Shown in pieces: positions 25,967 through 32,000 of a stretch of DNA of 32,000 nucleotides; positions within the stretch are counted from its first letter, which is position 1; every line of letters begins with the position of its first letter. This DNA comes from Deinococcus radiodurans R1 = ATCC 13939 = DSM 20539 (GTDB lineage Bacteria; Deinococcota; Deinococci; Deinococcales; Deinococcaceae): the NCBI RefSeq assembly GCF_000008565.1, contig NC_001263.1, forward strand, positions 10,906 through 42,905. The letters run 5' to 3'. The notes under the pieces are model-generated. The model did not search any database, had not been told where the DNA came from, and saw only the letters and a program-made list of their open reading frames with translations. The position numbers and the translations under genes were made by a program.

Positions 25967-25989
25967 GCGTTTGCCCCTACCCTGACCCT

Positions 25990-26559
25990 ATGCTCGCGCC
26001 GTTTTTGCTGCTGACCCTCGCCGCCACTTCGGTGCCCGGCAAAGCCCCTGTGCCGGGGGCGCCTGCGCTGCCCTACGGTCAGGACCTGCGGGTGCCGGGC
26101 AGCAAGGCATCGGTGCGGCTTGAAAAGGATGGGATGGGGACGAACATTTCCTCCCTTTTTCTCGACGAGCAGTACGACACCCTCGGCAAGACCTTCGTGC
26201 AGTTTCGCTGCGGTGAGGGAGGCCAGCTCAATTTTTTCCTGAAAACCAAAGTGCCGCTGCTCAGCGAGGCCGATCTCGTGTCTGGCCGCTCGCCGAGCCT
26301 CAGCTACCGGGTGGACGGGCAGCAGCCCCGTGCCTTTCCCGGTGTGCTGACGCGCAAAAGCGGCGACTTTGACCGTTTCGTGCTGGCGGTGAGCGACGCG
26401 AGTGACGCCCGCTTTCTGGCCGCGTTTCAGGCCGCGCGGAAAAAAGTGGAACTGCGGGTGGCCCGCACGGGAGGCGCCGCGCCGCTGACGCTCACTTTTC
26501 CCGTGAAGGGCTTTCGGGAGGGCTTGCAAGTGCTGGCAGGGTGCCCGGCGTTGCCGTAA
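25990..26559 (+). CDS. Secreted hypothetical protein (signal peptide, 2 Cys)
   Basis: [24 protein letters not shown]6-ATG. High GC3. No recognisable family. Confidence 0.6.
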
Positions 26560-26624
26560 GTAGAGGGCCGTTCTTTCTGGACACCCCACAGTCAGCTGGG
26601 GGCCGCAGGCTTTACCATCTGTTC

Positions 26625-27851
26625 ATGACCACTGCCGACCAGCCTCAGGCCGTCCGCGACGACGCGGTCTTCGACCTGATTGCCCAGGAAGCCGAGCGCC
26701 AGCGCACCGGCCTTGAGCTGATTGCCTCCGAGAACTTCACCTCCGCCGCCGTGCGCGAGGCCCAGGGCAGCGTGCTGACCAACAAGTACGCCGAGGGCTA
26801 CCCCGGCAAGCGCTGGTACGGCGGCTGTGAAGTGGTGGATCAGGTGGAGCAGCTCGCCATCGACCGCGTCAAGCAGCTCTTTAACGCCGAGTGGGCCAAC
26901 GTGCAGCCGCACTCGGGCTCGAGCGCCAACCTCGCGGTGTACAACGCCCTGATTCAGCCCGGCGACACGGTGCTCGGCATGGACCTTTCGCACGGCGGGC
27001 ACCTGACACACGGCAACAAGGCCAACTTCTCGGGGATGCGCTACCAGATGGTCGCTTACCAGCTTGACCGCGAAACCGAGCGCATCGACATGGAAGAAGT
27101 GCGCCGCCTCGCCCACGAGCACAAGCCCAAGATGATTATTGCCGGGGCGAGCGCCTACAGCCGCGTCATCGACTTTGCCGCCTTCCGCGAAATTGCCGAT
27201 GAGGTGGGCGCCCTGCTCTTCGCCGACATCGCCCACATCGCGGGCCTGATCGCGGCAGGCGAACACCCCAACGCGCTGCCGCACGCGCACGTCGTCGCCT
27301 CGACCACCCACAAGACCCTGCGCGGGCCACGCGGCGGCATCATCCTGGCGAACGACCCCGAAATCGCCAAGCAGCTCGACCGCACGGTGTTTCCCGGCTA
27401 CCAGGGCGGCCCCCTCGAACACGTCATCGCGGCCAAGGCGGTGGCCTTCGGTGAGGCGCTGCGTCCCGAGTTCAAGGACTATGCCCGGCAGATCATCAAG
27501 AATGCCCAGGCGCTGGCGGGCGAGTTCCAGCAAAAGGGCTACCGCGTCGTCTCGGGCGGCACCGACAACCACCTTTTTCTGCTCGACCTGCGCCCCCAGG
27601 GGCTGAACGGCACCAAGGCGACGCGGCTGCTCGACGCCAACCACATCACCATTTCCAAGTCCACCCTGCCCTACGACACCGAGAAAATCCTGCACGGCGG
27701 CGGCATCCGCATCGGCACGCCCGCCGTCACCACGCGCGGCATGACCGAAGCGCACATGACGCAGGTGGCCGACCTGATTGACCGTGCCCTGAAAGGCGAG
27801 GACGTGCAGGCCAAGGTCCACGACTTTGCCGGTGGCTTCCCACTGCCCTGA
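26625..27851 (+). CDS. glyA: Serine hydroxymethyltransferase
   Basis: [15 protein letters not shown] site. TACCAT-N6-ATG 26625. The ORF track starts at 26541. Confidence 0.95.
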
Positions 27852-27866
27852 AGACGGCTGCACCGG

Positions 27867-27905
27867 CCTTCCGCTGCTCACTTCCTGGGCAGCGGGAGGT
27901 TTTTT
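27867..27905 (+). terminator. Rho-independent terminator after glyA
   Basis: 11-bp stem CCTTCCGCTGC/GCAGCGGGAGG (one G-U pair) followed by T6. Confidence 0.8.
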
Positions 27906-27939
27906 GACGGTTCGTCGGTGCTTGGCGGCGGCACTGGCC

Positions 27940-27945
27940 TAGAAT
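27940..27945 (+). promoter_or_regulatory. -10-like TAGAAT, 8 nt before ATG 27954
   Basis: 5/6 match to TATAAT; leaderless-type spacing. Confidence 0.45.
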
Positions 27946-27953
27946 GCCCGCGC

Positions 27954-29072
27954 ATGACTCCAGACGCTTCCCTCTCGCCGCAGCTTCCGGAGCTGGCCCA
28001 GCTTTCTCCCTCACAGTTGACGCTGCGCCTGACCCGGCTGGGGTTGCAGGCCCCGGACCTCGGCAGTGCCATGCAGCCGATGCTCGAAGCGCTCGTGGTG
28101 TGTACGGGCGCGGCAGGCGCCGGGTACTTTCAGTGGCGGGACGCGACGCTGGCCTACCACGCCCGCGCCGCCGCCGGGGAAATGCCCGCCGGCCCGGCGA
28201 TGGAGGCGATTCTGGCACACGGGCTGCCGGGCCACCTGCCGCTGATCGGGGCACTCTCCACCGCCGAGGACACGCTGTTTATCGGTGACACCCGGCAGGA
28301 GGCCGTCGCGCTCGGCTTTCCCGAACTCGGCGTGCTGGGGCTGTGCGCCGCGCCGATCCGGGCCCGCGACGGCGAGCTGGTCGGCGCGATTCTGGCGCAC
28401 ACCTTTACGCCCTCGCCCTGGCCGGAGCCGGACCGCGTGCTGATCGGCAACGTGACGGGCACCCTGTCGTTGCTGGCCGCCCGGCTGCACGCCGAGGAAC
28501 GCGAGCAGGCCGCGCACGAGGGCGCTCTGCGGGCGCTGGGGCTGTCGCTGGAAGCGCGCGACGCCGAAACCAAGGGCCACACCGACCGGGTCACGCGCCT
28601 GGCCGAGCGGCTGGGTGAGCGGCTGGGCCTGGACTTCGACGAGCGGCGCGAACTGCGCTGGGGCGCCTACCTGCACGACCTCGGCAAGATCAGCCTGCCC
28701 GACGAGATCCTGCTCTACGAAGGCCCGCTGACCGCCGCGCTGCGCCGGCAGATGCAGGGGCACGTGCAGGAGGGGGTGCGCCTCGCCGGGCAGCTTCCCT
28801 TTTTGCCGCAGTCGGTGCTCGACGTGATCGGCGCTCACCACGAACGTTGGGACGGCGCCGGGTATCCGCTGGGTCTGCGCGGCGAGGAGATTCCGCTGCC
28901 GGCCCGCATCTTCGCCATCTGCGATGTGTACGACGCCCTGAGCAGCGCCCGCCCGTACAAGAAGGCCTGGGAACGTGCCGATACCCTCGCCTACCTGCGG
29001 GCCGTGAGTGGGGAGCAGTTCGACCCACAGGTGGTGACGGCACTGCTCGACCTGCTGGACGGTGAGGGGTAA
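27954..29072 (+). CDS. GAF-domain HD-GYP phosphodiesterase (cyclic-di-GMP signalling)
   Basis: HTDRV...YLHDLGK...HHERWDGAGYP...ICDVYDAL. N-terminal region of about 170 aa is GAF-like. An alternative GTG start lies at 27918. Confidence 0.88.
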   Translation: MTPDASLSPQLPELAQLSPSQLTLRLTRLGLQAPDLGSAMQPMLEALVVCTGAAGAGYFQWRDATLAYHARAAAGEMPAGPAMEAILAHGLPGHLPLIGALSTAEDTLFIGDTRQEAVALGFPELGVLGLCAAPIRARDGELVGAILAHTFTPSPWPEPDRVLIGNVTGTLSLLAARLHAEEREQAAHEGALRALGLSLEARDAETKGHTDRVTRLAERLGERLGLDFDERRELRWGAYLHDLGKISLPDEILLYEGPLTAALRRQMQGHVQEGVRLAGQLPFLPQSVLDVIGAHHERWDGAGYPLGLRGEEIPLPARIFAICDVYDALSSARPYKKAWERADTLAYLRAVSGEQFDPQVVTALLDLLDGEG

Positions 29073-29093
29073 GTCGCAGGCAAGAGAAGCGGC

Positions 29094-29411
29094 TTAGAGC
29101 ACCACTTCCAGCCCACTCAGGCACTCCTCGGCAATCGCGCGGGCCAGCGGGTCGCGGGTGGTGCGGGCGTAGCTCACGCCGAGTTGCAGGTGGGCCTGCC
29201 CGGTGTCGGCGTCGTTGCCGAGCGCGAGGGTCTGGTAAAAGGCGAGGTGGGTGTGGGCGAGCAGCACGTCGCGGGTGTGCTCGGGAGGCAGGGTGAGCAG
29301 CAGGTCGAGGGCGCTGTGATAGGCCGTCAGGGCGCGGTGCGACTCGCCCCCCACCGCGTACTCGCGCCCGAGTTGCAGGTGCCGGGCAGCGGACAGGTAA
29401 GCGGGCCTCAT
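29094..29411 (-). CDS. Small helical (TPR-like) hypothetical protein, 105 aa
   Basis: ATG 29411 is preceded by TACAAT-N7. The ORF track extends to 29648. Confidence 0.55.
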   Translation of the reverse strand: MRPAYLSAARHLQLGREYAVGGESHRALTAYHSALDLLLTLPPEHTRDVLLAHTHLAFYQTLALGNDADTGQAHLQLGVSYARTTRDPLARAIAEECLSGLEVVL

Positions 29412-29418
29412 GGGACCG

Positions 29419-29424
29419 ATTGTA
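29419..29424 (-). promoter_or_regulatory. -10 TACAAT, 7 nt before ATG 29411
   Basis: 5/6 match to TATAAT; leaderless-type spacing. Confidence 0.45.
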
Positions 29425-29522
29425 GAGGGTAGGGTCCAAAGCGTGACCTTCGGGCGAGCAAGCTGGGGAAGGGAGTGACGCGGGGCGCTTTTTTCCGCCG
29501 CACGAAAGGCGGAGAACTGCTC

Positions 29523-29528
29523 TAGACT
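29523..29528 (+). promoter_or_regulatory. -10-like TAGACT, 6 nt before ATG 29535
   Basis: TANNNT-N6-ATG. The same hexamer lies 10 nt before the purE ATG (11312-11317). Confidence 0.4.
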
Positions 29529-29534
29529 CGCCGT

Positions 29535-30131
29535 ATGCCCGATCTTGACCGCGTGCGTGAGGCCCTGCAAAACAGCATGTCCACCTGGGCCACGCTGGAA
29601 GTGCGGGGGGACCAGGCCCGCGTGGTTCCGGCCCCCGACCTCGAACAACTCATCGCCGAACTCGACCGCCTCGCGCCGCAGTGGAGCCTGAACTGGGGCT
29701 GCGACGCCGCCTCGCCCTACGTGGTCCGCGCCCGGCTCGACGTGGCCGGGGTCAGCCGTGAGGGGCTGGCGCAGGCCCCCACCCTGAGCGACGCCAAACT
29801 GGCCGCCCTGGCCGAGCTGGCGCGGCTGTTTGGCATTTCCGGTGGTGAGGGCCGCTGGGTGGACTACGACCCCGAAGACGGCCCCAATGTGGCCGACCTC
29901 GACGCCGAACGTGAGTTGCCCACCTCACCACGTACGTCCGCCCTGCCCCCCGAGCCGCCGCGCGACCCGCAGATGGACAAGGCCCGGCGCCACATTGACG
30001 AGCTTCTCGAGCAGCTCAAGGCGGCGGGCAAGGGCGGCGAGGCGACCCGCATCCTGATGCGCGGTTACGGCGAAACGGTGGACGAGAGCCGGGCGCTGTA
30101 CAAGCAGCTCAAGGCCATTCTCGACCAGTAA
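29535..30131 (+). CDS. Hypothetical protein; possible Rad52/Rad22/DdrA-like single-strand annealing fold (unverified)
   Basis: 198 aa. ARLDVAGVSREGLAQAP..DAKLAALAELARLFGISGG resembles the Rad52-type hairpin-helix signature. The C-terminus is helical. Confidence 0.6.
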   Translation: MPDLDRVREALQNSMSTWATLEVRGDQARVVPAPDLEQLIAELDRLAPQWSLNWGCDAASPYVVRARLDVAGVSREGLAQAPTLSDAKLAALAELARLFGISGGEGRWVDYDPEDGPNVADLDAERELPTSPRTSALPPEPPRDPQMDKARRHIDELLEQLKAAGKGGEATRILMRGYGETVDESRALYKQLKAILDQ

Positions 30132-30144
30132 CGCGGAGCCGGGG

Positions 30145-30918
30145 ATGCACAAGTTTATTGCCATCGGGGACGTGCACGCCGAGTGGGACACCTTCTGGGA
30201 GGCGCTGCGGGCGGCGAGCTGTGTGGACGCGGACGGCCTGCCCACGCCGCCAGTGCGTCTGGGACGCTATCAGGTAGTCGTCATCGGCGACCTCGTGCAT
30301 CCCAAGTCGCCCGAGGCCTATACCCGGCTGACCGGCTGCGACCCTTTCGACATGAACGACGAGGACCACCGCCTGATTGCCGCGCGTGAGCAGGTGCGGC
30401 AGCTCGAAAAGTTGCAGCGTTATCAGGCCGCCGCGCCGCACGCGGTGCATGTCATCCTCGGCAACCACGACGACGCTGTGCTCGACCCCCGTTTCGTACT
30501 GGGCACGAGCGGTGGCCTCAAGCACGTCGAGTTCGACCCGGAGCACGGGGGCCTGCTGCTGCCGCCCCCCCTGCACGGCTGGATGAGCCACTTTCCACGG
30601 GAGCTGCGGGTGGGCCGCCTGCAATTTGCCCACGTCTCGCCGCTGCCCGCCCACCTGTACTACGACGACCTGTTTTACAGCGACCGCAGCGCCAAAACCT
30701 GGTTTCGTGATACGCCGGACTATGTGGACATGGCCGGGCTGGTCTTTGGGGTCTACGGCCACACCAAAACGGACGGCGGCGTCCTGCTGCACCACGCGCC
30801 CACTGGGCAGCCGCTCTTCGCCATCATTGACGCCCTGACTGAGCGCGAGTATCTGGAAGTGCTGTACGACGCCGCCGCCGAAGTGCCTCTGCGTGGGGTC
30901 AGTGTGGTGCCGTTCTGA
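30145..30918 (+). CDS. Calcineurin-like metallophosphoesterase
   Basis: IGDVHA, IGDLVH and GNHDD motifs. GGAG SD. Lies 13 nt after the upstream gene. Confidence 0.85.
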   Translation: MHKFIAIGDVHAEWDTFWEALRAASCVDADGLPTPPVRLGRYQVVVIGDLVHPKSPEAYTRLTGCDPFDMNDEDHRLIAAREQVRQLEKLQRYQAAAPHAVHVILGNHDDAVLDPRFVLGTSGGLKHVEFDPEHGGLLLPPPLHGWMSHFPRELRVGRLQFAHVSPLPAHLYYDDLFYSDRSAKTWFRDTPDYVDMAGLVFGVYGHTKTDGGVLLHHAPTGQPLFAIIDALTEREYLEVLYDAAAEVPLRGVSVVPF

Positions 30919-30974
30919 ATCTCTACTGTGTGGGCTTGACAGAAGAGGGAACCGCCGTTAGACTTCTTTCCGCC

Positions 30975-31053
<79 letters not shown>

Positions 31054-31060
31054 GAAAAGC

Positions 31061-31086
31061 CCCCCGCCACGTGCGGGGGATTTTTT
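31061..31086. terminator. Bidirectional terminator (tRNA-Lys / convergent GNAT gene)
   Basis: CCCCCGC-CACGT-GCGGGGG followed by A and T6. The complementary strand gives the hairpin followed by CTTTTCC. The GNAT stop codon lies in the T-run. Confidence 0.8.
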
Positions 31087-31870
31087 ATTGTCCTTCGGGG
31101 TGGCGCTTCAGCACGTAAAACGCCCGCTCGCTTTCCCGTGCCAGGTCGGTCACGCGGTAGCCGCGCCCCAGGTAAGCCGTCAGCGTGTCGCGTAGGGCGA
31201 GGCGCCAGGGGGCGCGCTCCTCGTCGGAGACGGCCAGCGGCACTTCTGCCAGCACGGTGGGCGCGTCGGCGGAGAGGTCCGGCGTGCCAGGGCGTGCCCC
31301 GACGCCACGCAGGACCACGGTGCCCAGCGGGGGCGAGGCGGGCGCAGGAACGTGGGGCCGGGTCAGGTCCCACTCCACCAGCAGGCGGTCGGCGTGTGGG
31401 GCGTACCAGTCGGGGAGGTAGGTGCTCGCCGTCACTCCCAGCTTGCCGAAGTTGAGCCGGGCGTTGCGGGCCACCAGCGGGTCGAAGGTCCAGGTCATGC
31501 GCGTCAGGCCCTGCGCCAGCGCCCGCCCGCGCTGCGCGAGTTTGAGGGCCACCGCCAGCCCGCTGCCGCGCACCTCGGGCCGCAGCGCCAGAAAGTGCGA
31601 GTGGTGCCAGAGGTCGTGGCCCCGGCCCGGCAGCTCCCTCCCCAGCAGCCCGCCCAGCGCCGGGAACCCGTAGGCCAGCCCCACCGCCGGGCCGCCCTCC
31701 GCGCGGTAGGCCGCCAGCACGATGCCCCCGGTGGCTGCGCTGATGCGGAACATGGTGGCGGGTAGCACCTCGCGGTCCTCAAAGCCCCAGGCCGCTGCCT
31801 GCACGTCTTCCAGTTCACGCATCGCCTGCGGGTCGGTCACGTCGCGGATGACGTAGCCGGGGACCGTCAC
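31085..31870 (-). CDS. GNAT-fold acyltransferase-like protein linked to an enolase-superfamily racemase
   Basis: 261 aa. The segment [24 protein letters not shown] resembles a GNAT acyl-CoA-binding segment. GTG start forms a GTGA overlap with the upstream gene stop. Confidence 0.65.
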
Positions 31871-32000
31871 GCCCGGTGTTCCTCCTGCGCCTCGGTGACG
31901 GTCGCCAGGAACTCGCGGTCAAGGGTCACGCCCGTGCCCGGCCCCTGCGGCACTGGCATCAGGCCGTCCACGGCTTCGAGCGGCTCCTGAATCAGGTCGC
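31867..32000 (-). CDS. Enolase-superfamily enzyme (o-succinylbenzoate synthase / N-acylamino acid racemase-like), 3' end only
   Basis: Hand translation ...[38 protein letters not shown] shows the C-terminal P-x-GPG-x-G-V pattern of MR/MLE enzymes. Confidence 0.65.

Overview
High-GC bacterial chromosomal window. Gene content and order fit an origin-proximal segment of a Deinococcus chromosome. From memory it resembles D. radiodurans chr I around loci DR_0010 to DR_0044; I cannot verify that here. Left to right: (1) an IS graveyard: a partial IS4/IS701-like element, an NmrA-family gene bracketed by inverted IS termini, a solo IS end and an rve-transposase fragment abutting the parB stop. (2) An eight-gene co-directional minus-strand run: Toastrack/DUF4097, SHOCT-like, DUF2089, a Cys-free sirtuin, a small LAGLIDADG-like ORF, rsmG, parA, parB. 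(3) RNB-only RNase II, a small ORF, a MITE-like repeat, a Cys-poor UDG-like gene, tRNA-Phe and tRNA-Asp. (4) purE-purK, VanW, a SAM methyltransferase, a parS-like site next to the mnmG stop, and mnmG. (5) A class-V aminotransferase and a 2-oxoacid dehydrogenase operon (E1a-E1b-small membrane ORF-E2). (6) RidA, DUF4180, purA, a palindromic repeat pair, folE, a secreted unknown, glyA, a GAF-HD-GYP protein. (7) A small helical ORF diverging from a two-gene operon (possible Rad52/DdrA-like protein plus metallophosphoesterase), tRNA-Lys, and a GNAT gene overlapping an enolase-superfamily (racemase-like) gene. No rRNA, CRISPR array or prophage is seen. Many long opposite-strand ORFs are GC-driven shadows. 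Start codons were refined using Shine-Dalgarno sites, 4-nt overlaps, or a recurring TANNNT-N5-8-ATG (leaderless-type) pattern. Most interesting candidates: the Rad52-like/phosphoesterase pair, the LAGLIDADG-like ORF translationally coupled to rsmG-parAB, the DUF2089-SHOCT-Toastrack operon, the parS-like site, and the structured repeat elements.
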